Of a stretch of DNA of 64,000 nt, positions 24,421 to 37,905 are shown one piece after another. The stretch is from contig CM052818.1 in assembly GCA_028534125.1 (NCBI GenBank), positions 30,878,001 to 30,942,000 on the forward strand, read 5' to 3'. Position numbers and translations under genes: made by a program. The stretch's first letter is position 1; every line of letters begins with the position of its first letter. Under the pieces are notes generated by a model. That model had not been told where the DNA came from. It saw only the letters and a program-made list of their open reading frames with translations, and did no database searches. The DNA is from Lama glama. Taxonomy: Eukaryota.

Positions 24421-27400
24421 AATGTCCACTGTGATTTATTTGCTGATTGGGAGGCCTGACTCCGATGTGATAGTGGAATCGAGAAGCACAGGTTTTTGCC
24501 CAGAATTTGCTCAAACAGTGGTCAGAGTAACGAAGCCACAGCGGTAGGTTGGTCCCCTGCGCCCTGGGGCCGGTGCTCCGAGAGGAGCGTTTCAAGGACC
24601 TTCTGCCAAATGGGCAGGAGTGTGACCACTGGCCATCTTCAAGGACAGTCTTTTACAAAATTGGACTGATGGGGAGCCCACATCCTTTGTGGAACAAGGA
24701 GGGATACACAGAAGAAAAGAGAAGCCATAGGGAGAGGAGGCGCCCAGCCCCGTGGGTGGAGGCAGCAGCTGTGTGCAGGGCTGTCTTGTTGGTCACGGTG
24801 CTGCTGGTGGCCTATATAAAAAATTAAAAAGTAAATAAGATATGAGAAAGAAGCAAAATAGATGCAGTCAGAAGAGGAGAGAAGCACATTGAAACTCATC
24901 TTGCATAGAAAAAGTGATGAAAGCCAAATAAGGACCTTTGTTGGAAGAAAAGCCTTAAGCAAACATCTATTTACCTGCATCATCTCACCTCATTTTAAAA
25001 GGCAGCCAAAGCTCTTAAGGTGCACTGCAGGCTTCTCCAGAGGGGCAGGTTCAGGGATGAGCTTGGTGCAGTCTGTGATAGTTTTTTATAGTTTATTTTC
25101 AGTTTGCTGGGTTTTAGTTTGAAGTCCTAGATGAAAGCCACACGGGGCAGGGGAAAGGAAAGCTGTCCCAGTCCAACCAGCCTGGGAACCAGCAGAGAGG
25201 GCCCCCCCCACCAGCGATTTAGTGAACAGATTAAACTCTATAAATGTTTAGGATGAGTATCTGCAATGTGTCCAGTGATGAACTCGGCCTTGTGAGAATA
25301 AGTGTGTAAGCCCTGGCCTTTTGCCCTGGGGACTTGTGAAGTCTTGCAGGGTGGCCACCCTGGGAGGCCTCCGTCCTTGGCTCTCGGGGCTGCAGAATCC
25401 CAGGGTCTTTATGCTGGTGATGGCAGTTTCCCATCTGCAGCCTGGATGGTTCCCTGGGGCTTCGGGGTGGAAATAGGGGGCAGCATTTTGTTTTCTGCTT
25501 CACCCCAGCATGAATCCTTGAGGGTTTGGTGTGCCCCCTGTTTTAAATTCTCTGGCCCTGCTGGCAGACCAGAGGGCGAGGGACAGTTTGTCCAGCTCTG
25601 TCTTACAAATGGGCTACATACACGAGGGAGGACTAAAGTCCAAGTTCCCACCTTTTTCCTTAACCCACATGAGTCAGGGTAAGTCATAGCTTTAAAAATC
25701 TGACTTACAGATTTTTTTTCTCTGAATCTAGTGCCTGTGTAAGTTGATGTAATTCTCGCAGAGTCAGTTTTTCCTGTATCCTTGAGGGTCTGGTATTCAG
25801 AGAAAAAGACTAATCAGCTTGACATTAATTCCCCCAAATTTGAGAACAGATGGTTTTCTGAGCACGTAGGGAAAAATTGTGGTGGTTACCAGGCCTCACA
25901 TGGCTCCCCTAAGAACAAAGCCTGTCTTCTTTTCCATGCTCATTCTACTGGGAGGTCAGGGGAAGGACATAGCAAGGGATGGCTAACATCGAGTCCCCGT
26001 GCTGTCACTCCTTCCCATCGCTCTCAGTCCAAGGGAGATGGTGCTAATTGTCTCTGTACCAGCACATGGCCACAGCTTTTATGTTGCTTATCATTAAAGA
26101 TTGCCTTCTGGGTAAGAAATAGGGTTCTCTCTTTTGGTGACTTTTTAAATCCTTGTCCTGTTCAATTTCCGAGATGCCTAGTGTTTGGAAGACGTGTCCT
26201 TTGGAGTCACTACAGATAGGCAACCTTCGACTTGATGAGCCAGTGAATGGAGTGTCTAGAAACGGAGATCGGGAGGAATCTGTGTGCTTCTTGCATTTAT
26301 AGGGGATAAAGAGACTGAGGAGGTAAGAAAGGGAGAAAAAAGGATTGAATCTGGCTATTCAGACATCTGGAATATTGTTTCAAAGAAAGGCAATGCAGAA
26401 ATTAAGCCTTTTTTTTTTTTTGAGAGATAGGACTCAAAGACAAGGAAAGAATGGATTTGCTTTTAATGATTTCAAGTAGAATTGAGGCTGTTCCTGCGAT
26501 TGTTGGAAATAAAATTGGTTAGAAAATGATGTCAGCAGAGAGTGGGGACTGTGAACCAGGAAAATAAATGAGCTCTGAAATCACCTTCTATTTTATAAAT
26601 ATTGTTTCTGGAGCTGAGAAAATTGAGACAGATGATTCCTTCTTTCTCTCTCCCAAGCTATGGGTGGAAGAAGCCCTGAGTATCCCATGTGGACCTTGTG
26701 AGAAACATCCTGTCTTGTCCTGGTGCGCTAAGTAGCTTTGTCTGCATTTAGACACACTCCATTTCCCTCTCAAGGACCACTATCAGCAGTAGCCAATTAC
26801 AAACACACCTCATAACACATTATTGAGACACACTGCACACAAATAAGCTGGAGAGATGTTTAATGATTGTACCGCATCGTGTCCATTTCAATCTGTCCGC
26901 ACTGTCTTAGGATGGAGGGGCTGTGCCTGGGTGCGAGCGTCTCTGTGTACGTGTGCTCATGTGTATTTCATTTTCACTGTGTCCTAATTGGGCATAATTT
27001 GAGCCAAACCAGTTTACACTTTCAAGAAGGGAGAGAGGGCATCATTTCACATTCTGACAGTTTCCTTTTAAGCCCAAGATTTCTTGTCTTTGGTTTCCTA
27101 AAAGTATCAGCGCTATTAGCAGACTGAATTCATCTAAGAACAAGGGATGATGCATTTTTCGACTCCCTGGGTGGCTTTCTTCTGTTATCTGTTTCTTGTA
27201 GAGAAGCAAAAGGTGGGCAATTTAGAGAAATGCTACTTAGGCAGTCACTTCCTCCACTTTTTCATCTGTGGGTTTGATTTTGCAGTAAGAGTTCGCTGAA
27301 TTTTATTTTCTCTGCCATTTCCCACTGCCGTTGGTTTTGAAGTAATGACTGTGTTTTGCCACCATAACAGCCACATTCCAGTCCTGGGTGAAGTGACGGC

Positions 27401-27544
27401 TGATTCACAAAGCATCAGGCCTTCTGTTACGGTGTGGTGGAAGGGGTATCAGATCTGGGCGATGAGATAACAGCCAGGCTCAGGGGCGTAAGCCAGAATC
27501 CTCACTTGTTGAAGCAGGGATCCCTTGGGTTTATCAGGTCCATT

Positions 27545-27675
27545 TTCTCTCCCTGTATCTGAGGATGCTAAGATGAAGGAGGAGTTTACCCTCTCAAGAG
27601 TACTCAGATGGTTGGTGGCGGAACTTATCTGGAACTTGGCCTCTTGGCACTGAATCCAAGCTCTTTGCATTCTGC
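27545..27675 (-). mobile_element. MIR fragment
   Basis: GGATGCTAAGATGAAGGAGG...TTGGTGGCGGAAC...GAACTTGGCCTCTTGGCACTGAATCC. Confidence 0.5.
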
Positions 27676-29409
27676 CTGTTCCAAGTTGGCTGTGTTTGCC
27701 TCTATATAATGCAGAGCTCAGGAGGGAGATAAGAACTGCTGACTGGGATGCTGGGAGCCTGCTGGACCCTCCAGCCATGAAAACCATGACAGAGCACACA
27801 GACGATGAACACGCATACAGTTCTCATTTCCCAGGGGAACTCCTTCCATTCCGCGGAGTCTTTTGAAAGAGAGCATACGATCTCACGATGTTTTAATCAA
27901 AGGATTGTTTTTAGCCTTCTTTTGGAAAAAACCAGAATGCTCAATGCTCCTTACTCATGTTGCCTTGCTTGAGTTTCACTCTTGTAGTTCTGGGCCTTGA
28001 AGGGGTAGCAGAGGGGAGAGAGAACAGACCTTTGTGTTTGCCTTTAAATCAGCCGGGGAGGTTTTCAGCTGGATGGAAAACTAGGTCGGCTCTTCTAGAG
28101 CCTGTGTGTATAGCTGAGTGGGTGACGTGTCCAGCCTCCTGAACTTGGAAAAATTTACTGTTCACACTTCATTCATATGTTCCTTAGTCCTTGGCAAGCG
28201 AATTGCTTTTGAAGAATTTATGTTCCCATCTGCCACTTCTCTTAGTAAAGGCGATATTTGTGACTGATACGGTGAAGGCTGAGACCTGGGGCCTTGGTAA
28301 CTTGACACTGACCATCTGTAGCCTGAAACTTTGGGGTTCACATGGGGTCAGAGACAGGAACCTCGGTTTGGCATTTCCCAAATCACACCACCTGGCTGAG
28401 GGAGCCTGTTTGCTCACAGCCAGGCGGATGGTGCCAAGTAGTGGCACATTCCTACTGCTACTTTTGCAGCCAGTAAGAGAAATGAGACAGGACAGCCAGC
28501 ACATTGGTATTTTGAAGAATCTGCTATGTCTGTGGGTGTGAGTGTGGGTGGTGTTGGGGGAGGTGGTGAGAGTCTACAGTCTAGTCCTAAAGAACCAGCT
28601 GTTTTCTGGCTGGTAGTCTCCAGAAGAGCAGTTCTAAAGAAGTAGCGTGAGAGGTAAAATGATCAGCACCATGGAAAGCACCATATTTCTCACCATTTAG
28701 GAAACTCTTCCTAAGCGCACTGAGACATGCCTCATGTCTGCACCCCCCGTACTCTGCTTTGATCATCTTCAGAAGCAGCTCAGAGAAGGACAGATATTCC
28801 TTCTCCCATTCTGTGAATGGGGAGACTGAGGCTCATGGGTGACTGGTTTGAGTTGTTGTGATGACCCAGTAGACCAGGCAAACAGGGCTTTTGGCATGAT
28901 ATGGTTGTTTGTACAAGACAAACTCTTTTTGCTTTCTGCTGTTGGATATTATACAGAAGCAACGTGGAGAATAGTAATCATTCAGAAATGCAAAATGTCA
29001 CTTTCTTTGGAATTATAGAAGAGATATCATCTATGGAATCTGAAGTGTGTGCAAGGGCTACCCAAGCAGCTGGGTTCGGGAGAGGCCGCTGGCAGATGTG
29101 AAGAGGTTTAGAAGATCAGCAGGAGGGCTACGGGGCTGCAGATGGCATAGAGTGTCAGCAAAATGTGTGTCCTGGAGGTGCAGGGGCATCCTGAAGGGTC
29201 CCAGCTGTATCCCTTATTTGCAGACACTGGGCAGGGACTGGCATGAGCAGAACTGAAGGAGGGTGCCTCCTGGGCCTGTTTTGCTTCTGAGAAGCAGAGG
29301 AGGTGAGTTGATACAAGATTCTCCAGAGAGACCTGTCTGTAAGAAGTAATATCTGTTGCAGCAGGAAAAAAGTCATCCCTCCCTCTTTCTTCTTTTCTTC
29401 CTTCCTTAA

Positions 29410-29590
29410 CATTTTTCTTGAGGGCTAACATGCATGCAGTAAAGTATATAACTAATTTTTAGCTCGACAAACCTGTATGCATGTGTACAGTTATGTAACT
29501 TGACCCAGGTCAAGTTCTAGAGCATTTTTGGCACCCAGAAAATCTTCTTGTGCCTCCTCCCAGTTGTTACTCTTTCCCACAAAGAGCTTT
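29410..29590 (-). mobile_element. Old L1 3'UTR fragment
   Basis: TGTAACTTGACCCAGGTCAAGTTCTAGAGCATTTTTGGCACCCAGAAAATCTTCTTGTGCC. Confidence 0.6.
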
Positions 29591-30569
29591 TTTTTTGTTG
29601 TTGTTATGTAATGAAAGTCTACCCTGGTCTTTCCTTCTATCCCACAGGAACTTCCTGCCAAGAGCTGGACCAAGAAAGTCCACTCGTTCAATGATAACTA
29701 ATGAAAGAGACATGAGAAATTGAGCGTATTGGTAGAATCAATGCAAAGATATTACAGTGCAAAATATCAATAATAGCCACAAAACTACCCCAAATAAGGA
29801 AGATTCCTAGGAAAATGTAGGGAGGAGATGAAAACTGAAACTTGATATTTTACAGTGAATTTAAAGAACTCACTGAAGCAATCATTTCTATGAAGAAGAG
29901 CTATGAAGCAGAAACAGGGATTCTGGAAAGGATGACATGATGGCAAGAGGTAGGGAAATACGAGCTGTCAGAACTTGAGGGGGAAATGGAAAAAAGGCAA
30001 ATCTGTCTCAGAAGTGAAGATAAAGTTGGAAGGATCTCAAGGGAAAATAAACATTGGAAAATTTGGCATGGAACTTGGACAACAGAAATGAGAATGGTGA
30101 ATAAATGCAGTTGAAAGAAGGGAAATGTTACTAAAGATTAGAGAGAAAATGATAGACCTAGAAGACAGGCAGTGGAAATCTGACAGAAGCCTAATTTTGG
30201 TCCCTGAAGGAAAACACAAGATAATTGAATAGAACAAATATTTAAAATATAAATTAGGGAAGCTTTCATGATATAAGAGAAGAATTAAATCTCAGTGTTG
30301 AAAGAACACAAATTTGCGCTTTGGGGAAAATTACCCAGAACAGTTAACATCAAGATGCAGTCTTGGAAATTTTAGGCATTAAAGAAAGGGAGTAATTCCC
30401 TCCCTTCTTTCTTTCCTCCCTGCCTCCCTCCCTCCTTCCCTTTCCCCTCCTCCTCTTCCCAGCAGGGTAGAGAGTAGGTGTGGAGGTGGCAGGCACAGAA
30501 GGTGACTAGAATGATTGGGAGATTAGTTATGGGGCAATAGTTATTTATTGAGCAGGTAAATCTATAGAG

Positions 30570-31978
30570 GATAATAGGACCCATGTTTTTTACTGTTTGA
30601 GAAGAGATTTGTAAACATGCAAAGAGGGAAGGCTAGACAGAGCCTGGGGTGCTGGACTGGAATTAGAAGTACCAGTACGTGTATATACATACATGTACTT
30701 CCTAATTCATTCTGCTCAGATGGTCCAGAGGCAGTGGCATTGCAGTAGCGCTGAGTGCACACTGAATACTCAGACCCTGGTTTCCAATAACTGTCTTCCA
30801 CTAAAAGTGACTGAGGCTCCTCAGAGAAGTGGCTGATTGAAGGGATGGGGCAGAGAAAATATAAAATGGACCTAAAGTATTTTATTTTTGCAGAAAGTAA
30901 AGAAAATACTAGAACATGTCAAAAGGACACAAAAGCCAGCTTGGAGTTTCCAAGGGCAAAATTGAGGACAATTTGAGCATCAAAGTAAATAATGAGTATC
31001 AGATTACAACCTATTGCATAAAATAGGAATCCATGTTATATATGAATGAATGAATGGGTCAGTGGATATATAGACAAATAGATAAGTGAGTGGGGGAGAA
31101 GGGGAAACTTTTCCTTACAGTAGAATGCCAACTGAGAAATGTAAAAGGAATGATGGATGTAGTAGATATTCATCACTTGGCAACTATCATAGTGGTAGTT
31201 GATACAGACAGGGGTTGTCAGTGGATGCTAAGTTTTGTGGGTGGAGGTTTTGTAAAGATCAGTGTATTGGCACAGTATGGGAATAACTTCCCACTAAATT
31301 GTAGTCAAATACAGTGGAAACATGGTGAATTGTCAGTCGGGAAACCTGGTAGACACTACCTTGGCCAGGTGAGCAAAATGGTGGAATGGGTTGACCTAGG
31401 GCACCCTGGATGTGATGCATTGAGAACACAGCATCATTTCTATTGTATTCCTGCCAAGAACGCATGGCTTTTGTCTGGTCATGTGGAAGCATCAGATGTA
31501 CCCAGACCCCACTGAATGAAAGGCCTGTAACTCTGAGACTTTTAAGGACTTGAGAAAGAGAGAAAGACTGAGGAATTGTTCCAGATTGGAGGAGATTATT
31601 GAGACATGACCAGTAAACGGAACACTCGTTGGTGGATATGAACCTACACCACGAAGGGAAAGGAGACATTGTTAGAACAGTTGGAGAAATTTGAGTGGTC
31701 CTGTGGGCCAGGCTGTATCAGTGTTGATTTCTTGACTGGGAGGGTTTGTATGGTGGTTATGCTCCGGAGAGGGGTCTTTGTCTTTGGGAGGCATACACTG
31801 GAGTAATTCAAGAGGAAAGACATCATGCCAAAAGAAAATCTCTTTCTCTCATTCCTCAAATGGGAAAAATACAGTCAAATGTTCTCATCTAGGGAATTTG
31901 TGTGGAGGGGATGTAAGAGTTTGTATTGCTCTTGCAACTTTTGTTTAAAGGTTTGAAATTATTTTGAAATTAACAAAA
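30570..31978 (+). mobile_element. L1MD/L1MC-type 3'UTR fragment nested in ORF1 of the host L1
   Basis: CCTTACAGTAGAATGCCAACT...CAGCATCATTTCTATTGTATTCCTGCCAA...GAGGAATTGTTCCAGATTG...TCTTGCAACTTTT...TTTGAAATTATTT; host ORF1 resumes afterwards. Confidence 0.7.
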
Positions 31979-34900
31979 GGATCATGGAAAAGACAGTTGA
32001 AAGGAAGGTAAGAAAAGGAAGAAAGAATCAGGAAAGAAAGGAAAGAGACAGATGGAAAGATAGACGGACTAGAAAGACAGACAGACAGACTGGAAAGAAA
32101 GGAAAGAAAGCTGAGAAAAACAATTTATTGGGGATTTGGGCAAAGAAATCAAGTCACTTACGAGGAGAAAAGTATCAGGTTGGCTCCAGTTTCCTCTACA
32201 GCAACATTCAATGCCCAGAAGACAGTGAGCATCTACAGTGTAAGCAAGGAAAGTGTGAGCCAAAATCTGTATCCATCCCAGCCATCTTTTAAGTAGAAAG
32301 ACAGTTTTGAGCATGCAGTAACTCAGAATATTATTCTCATGAGCTCTTCCTGAGCAAACTAGTGGAGGATGAACTTCAGCTAACAGAGAAAAGACAGGGT
32401 GAATGCTGAGTAGTTCCAGCTGTCATTCTACGCTAAAACTAAAACAAATAGAAGGATTAGAGCAACAGAGGAGAATGTAAAGGTTATGTGCCCTGATGAT
32501 GCAGAAATAACCTAGCCAACCAAGATGGGAAGGGGAAGGGGGGAAAAGAGAAAATTGTCTGAATGCCTCATTCGATAATAGCAGGGAGTCAAAGGGTATC
32601 ATTTAGAGCTGACAAATGAAGTAATACAAGCTTAATTATATTTACCAATAAATGGTAAACATTAAGGAAGATAAAATTATTGATTAAAATCAGGTGATGG
32701 AAGAGAAACGCAGCCTAGCCAGAGTAAATGATGCCCGGGGGCTCTGTAATGTGTGTGTCACCTCCCTCCCTGCGTGCAGCTGCCACTGTGTTAAATCTAT
32801 GTGCATTTTTATAGCTGGCATCCCGGGATGTGTGTCTGTTTCTCTCCCCACCCCGACCATGCCATTGCTGTGGAAAGGGAAGTGAAGGGGAAGAAGAGGA
32901 AATAGACCGATTCTATCTTTGCTTATAGTATAGGATTCATAAATCTTGTCAAATACATAGATTAAGATTATTATATAACGCTGTAGTTATGAAATGTAAC
33001 CACTTGAATAAAAACATGAACCTTCCCAGAGGAATCCCACAGAAGAAACAATCACAGAAAGGCCCAGAAACCAGGAAACATGATATAAAATGAGAATGAG
33101 AAGCAAACCCATTTGTCATGTTGCTAAATATAAATGAGTTTAACTCACCTTTTAAAAAGATTTTCAGACTGGATAACAAATCACAACCCAATTCTTTGTT
33201 GTTTAGAGAGACACCTCTAAAGGAAAGTGATATGGAAAGGTTGAAACTACGGGAGGAATGAGTACAGGAACACCAGGAAAATGCTTAAAAAGGTTAATGA
33301 AAAAGTAAATGTAGAAATAAATAGTAATCACCGGCTTGCATCGGAAGAAGCGGAATTTGGGTTAAAATGCTTTAAATGAGATAAAGGAACCTCATTATGC
33401 TCAAGTGTACATTTCACAATGAAGAAACCCAGCAGCAATATTGAAAAAAACAAAACAAAACGAAGTTCCAGGAGATGCAAGGAGAAGTGGACCAAAGCAC
33501 ACTAGTAACAGATTACTTTAATTTACATGTTTCAGTCTCCTGATAACTGGACAAGAATAAAAAGCAATATTGAAGACCTAATTAACGTAAGTAATAAGTC
33601 AGATCTGATTGATGAATAGTAAACCCTGTTGACTAAATCAAGAGAATTCAACTTTCAAGAGCCCAGGAAACATTCACACATATTGACCATTTATTAGGAG
33701 CAAACCTCAGTAAATCCCCAAAATTAGAAAAAAAAAAAGCAGTATTCTCTGGTTACAGTACAATTAAGCTAAAAAGTAATACTAATTCAGAAAGTCAGAA
33801 GGACCATTCCACTGAAAGTCAAGTCAAAACAAAACAAAATGAAAAGACCCCCTCAATGCATGGCTCTAAGAAGAAAATAGAAACTGAAAGTTCAGATTTT
33901 ATGAAAAACAGGAATTGATAAAAACACTAAATATCAGAACTGATGCGATAACACTAAAGCAGTCCTCAGAGGGAAAATGATGCCTTAAATATTTACACAA
34001 AAGAATGAGAACACATGAGTTAATCATCTGAGTCAAGGAGTTATAATGGAATAAAAAGATTATAGCAGAGGGAAAGCAGAAGGAAGAAATACATAAAAGT
34101 AAAAATGAAAGAGTTAGAAAGTAATGCAATTGAGATAAATTTCAGAGCTGGTTTGGGGGAAAAAAACAACAATGAAATAGATAAACTACCAGTTAACCTA
34201 ATCAAGAGAGTGTAGGAGCAAGTGCAGACACATAAAACAAAAGATGATATGTGGGAGGTGACATAAACAGGAAATTAAAGGACTCCCAAGAGATTATTTC
34301 ACTCAGATTTATGAAGATACATTTGAAAGTCTAAATTGTTTAGATTATTTTTCAGGAAAATCAAATTTACTAAACTGACCCCAGAAAAGAATCCAAAGTT
34401 TCCAAGGAGGAAAACAAAAAGCAAAAAATACTCTTTCCCAAAGAAGAAAACACCAGTCCGTGTGGTTTTACAAAGAACATTTTATCAAACTTCCAAGGAA
34501 CAGACAATTCTAATATGTTCCAGAGCAGAGACAAACAGGAGAGGTAGTTACCAAAATCTGACAAAGAATGCACAGATAGAAAACCAAAAACTAATCCCAC
34601 TTATGATACCAATTCAAAAATCCTAAAAATTATTTAGCAAAACAATTTTAGCAATGCATTTGAAGACTAATCTTAAGAGGCCTTTATTCCTGGACTGTAG
34701 AGACAGTTTTGCACTAGTGAACATTAGCATAAAAGATACGGTTATTTTCATAGATGTTGAAAAGGCCTTCGAGAAAGTTTAGTGATCACATTTTATTAAA
34801 AAAAATACACACAAGAAAACAGGAACAGATATGTACTTTCTTACCATTCTAAAAATACATCTATCTCAGACTAAAAGCCAGCATCATGTTTAATGGGGAA

Positions 34901-35628
34901 GCATTAAAGGAATTCTCACTAAAGAACAGGGATCTACACTATTCAGTACTATTATTCATCACTGTGCTGGTGATACTTACCAATGCAACTAGGTAAGAGA
35001 AAATAATTAGAAGAGAGAAGGGAAGGAGGCAACAGTAACTTTGTGAGATATCGTGGCTGCATGGCTGGAGAAAAAAAGAGAAATCACTGGAAGACTATTT
35101 CAGACAACACAAGAGCCCCATAAAGTAACAATGTACAAAAATTAGTAAACACAAACCAGTATCTTTCATATATACAGACATTAAACAGAATATACACCAG
35201 AAAAGCCCTAAGTTACAACAACAACAAAAAATCTAAAACAATAATAAACTTAACAAGAAGATATATAGGATATATAACAGGATTTAAAAGCACTGAAGCC
35301 TTAAGGAGACCCTTGAGCAAATGGAAGAGATATTTTGTGTTCATTAGTAGAAAAAGAATACATGTCATTCTCTTTATAGATTTAATACAACCTAAATAAA
35401 AGTACCAGTAGATCCTTTTTTAAAAATTAGGCAAGCTTATTAAAAAGTTCACGTAAAAGTTAAATAAGAATAGTCAGGAAAATTCTGAAAAAGAAAAACA
35501 ATGTGGGAGGACTGGCTCTGCCAAATATTAGAACTTATTATAATGCCTCACTTATTGAAACAGTGTTATAGGCATTTGCACAAATAGTTAAAAGGAACAG
35601 AATGGATAGTTTAGAAATAGACCCAAGT

Positions 35629-35752
35629 GGGAAGGGTCTAGCTCAGTGGTGGAGTGGGTGCTTAGCATGCACAAGGTCCTGGGTTCAATCCCCGGTACCT
35701 CCATTATAAATAAATTAATAAATAAATAAGCCTAATTATTACCCCCCCCAAA
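35629..35752 (+). mobile_element. tRNA-Ala-derived SINE (Vic-1-like) inserted in L1 ORF2
   Basis: GGGAAGGGTCTAGCTCAGTGG...CTTAGCATGCACAAGGTCCTGGGTTCAATCCCCGGTACCTCCA, then an (AAAT)n linker and CCTAATTA tail like the 19399 copy; degenerate 16-bp TSD (12/16) at 35613-35628 and 35753-35768. Confidence 0.88.
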
Positions 35753-36584
35753 AGAAGTGGACTCAAATACATATGATCATTTACTATTTGATAAACATGG
35801 CAACTCAAGTCACTGGAGGAAAAGTTTAAATAAAGCCCTATGGGAGAAAAAATTGAATCTGTACCTCACCCGATATAGATGCTGGGATAAAATTCTAAAA
35901 AAAATAAGATTTAAATGTAAAAACAAAACTATCAAAGTGCCAGAAGAAAACACAGAGAAGGCTTTTCTAACCAAGATTTAAGTCCAGAAACCATAGAAGA
36001 AAAATCTGATATATTTAACCAGACAAAAATTGAAAGGAAAAAAAAAAAACCAACAATGTCACCTGAGTAGGTAAAAATAACCTGCATAAAGTAAACTGAA
36101 AAAATAAATGGCAAAGAACTAATCATCTTTGAGATAAAGAGCTCTGAAGAGTCAATAAGATTAAGAATTTCAACCCCATAGAAAAAGTAGGCAAAGGCTA
36201 TAACCAGGCAAGTCATAGAAAAAAATATGAACAGCCCTAAATGTGTTCAAAGCTAAGCTCAACCTTACCTCAGAAAAAGTCAAATTAAAACTACATATGA
36301 ATACCGTATTTCACCTATCAGATTACCAAATAAAAAAAATTCTGAACAGTGTGTATACCGTACTACCTTTTGTATAAAAGGTGGTGGAGTGGGTTGGGGC
36401 AGAATAAGAATGTGTATTTATATCTGCTTCCATATACGTAGGAAATTTTGGAAAGATGCATAACAGACTAATAATGGTTAGCCTTTGGGGTGCTCATGTG
36501 AACTAGGGATGGACAGGGGTAGAAGGGAAACTTCATTGTATACTTTCTTTTTTCAACCATGTAAATATATGTATGTGTGTATGT

Positions 36585-36912
36585 ATTATTGAAGTACCAT
36601 CAGTTACAATGTGTCAATTTTTGGTATACAGCACAATGCCCCAGTCATGCATATACATAGATATATTTGTTTTCATATTTTTGAATTAAAGGTTATTACA
36701 AGATATTGAACAACATTCGCTGTGCTGTACAGTAGAAACTTTTAAAAAAATCTATTTTTATATATAGTAGCTAACAATTGTAAATCTCAAACTCCCAAAT
36801 TTATCCCTTCCCACCTCCTTACTCCGGTAATCATAGGATTGTTTACTATGTCTGCGAGTCTGTTTCTGTTTTGTAGATGAGTTCATAGTGTCCTTTTTTT
36901 CTTTTTCTTTTT
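36585..36912 (-). mobile_element. Artiodactyl-type L1 3' end
   Basis: TTGAAGTA...GTTACAATGTGTCAATTT...TCTGTTTTGTAGATGAGTTCAT; reverse complement resembles 15840-16130. Confidence 0.85.
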
Positions 36913-37739
36913 AAAGGGATTATTATACTAGCAGGATTCTAACATATTTACAGATACATTTATGTCACAAGATGGTGCACATCCCCTTACCCCCAACCTA
37001 CAGAAAAGGATACAGATGCTTCTACTCCAGCCAAATGTAATTTGCCCAAACCCTTCTGCCCTTAATAAGCTGTGAAGGATGGAGGCAGAGCTCCTCAGAG
37101 TCCACTGTGAGTTTTACAGGTAAAATCAGCATCATCTCGAATCACTGACTTTTATTAGGCACTGGAGTTTTTGTTTGCAGATTGCAGTGCATTTGCTGAG
37201 TATGCAGTTTGCATCTCCCCTGATGATTTGGTATAGATCTGGATCAAGTATTAGATGCTTGTTTTGCAGCTTTTTAATAGAGATGTAAGATGATGACTGA
37301 TACCAGTTTGAGATTACTCAGTTCCCAGCTATAATGCAAGTCTGAGCAGTTCTGACCATATAGGACATAGGACATAAGATGGTGCACTTGGAATGAATCA
37401 TTGAGATTGACTCGTGAAATTCACCCATTTCATTGGTGAAAAAACACTCCAGTCCAGGTGGAAGGTCCTCGGCTAGTCAATGCTGAGCTCGAACCAGAGC
37501 CTTGAGGCTCTGAGCTAAACCTGCCAGTTCTGGTTCTTTCTCATCTGCCCATTTCCCATGGGCACTAAGGTGTTGGTATGGTTAGTACAGTGTGACTCTG
37601 TGGACAGTGTTAAGTAGGCTCAGTATTAGGGGGTGAATGCCACCTGTGTTAGGATGCTTGCATGTGGACAGCAGAAAACAAAAGAAGAATTAAGCTAACA
37701 TGACTAAAAAGTCCTTGGTCTCTCTCTGTAACAAAAACT

Positions 37740-37905
37740 GTATTTTATTTTCTCATAGCCTGTAACACTCTCAAAAAGATCCTGTTGGGTTTTTTTGCTC
37801 ATTTGTTTATTTTTTAGCTCTGTGACAGAAGAGGCTCTTCTGGCTTTTCTCCTGTTGTATCTCTGATGCCTAGAGCACGTATTTGGTGCTTAGTGACTAT
37901 TGATG
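37740..37905 (+). mobile_element. L2 3' fragment
   Basis: TTTTCTCATAGCCTGTAACAC...TGTATCTCTGATGCCTAGAGCAC...GGTGCTTAGTGACTATTG. Confidence 0.6.

Larger units (their letters stand above)
29700..36570 (+). mobile_element. Near full-length but highly decayed ancient L1 (ORF1, ORF2, 3'UTR) hosting nested insertions
   Basis: A-rich plus strand; ORF1-like remnants at 29700-30390 and 32130-32400; ORF2 endonuclease start near 33115 resembling LNVNGLNSPIKR...CCLQETHL; ORF2 end near 36300; many stops and frameshifts. Confidence 0.82.

Noticed and set aside
26480..26560. IVGNKIG resembling a Ras/Rab G4 motif (possible retropseudogene)
   Set aside because: No NKxD aspartate, immediate stop, no convincing G1/G3 motifs or TSD; likely chance.
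35629..35703. tRNA-Ala(AGC) gene (also 19455-19530)
   Set aside because: Stem mismatches, shared SINE tail and TSDs show these are tRNA-derived SINEs.
29700..36570. Active or domesticated L1 / reverse transcriptase gene
   Set aside because: Many stops, frameshifts and nested insertions; no long ORF.
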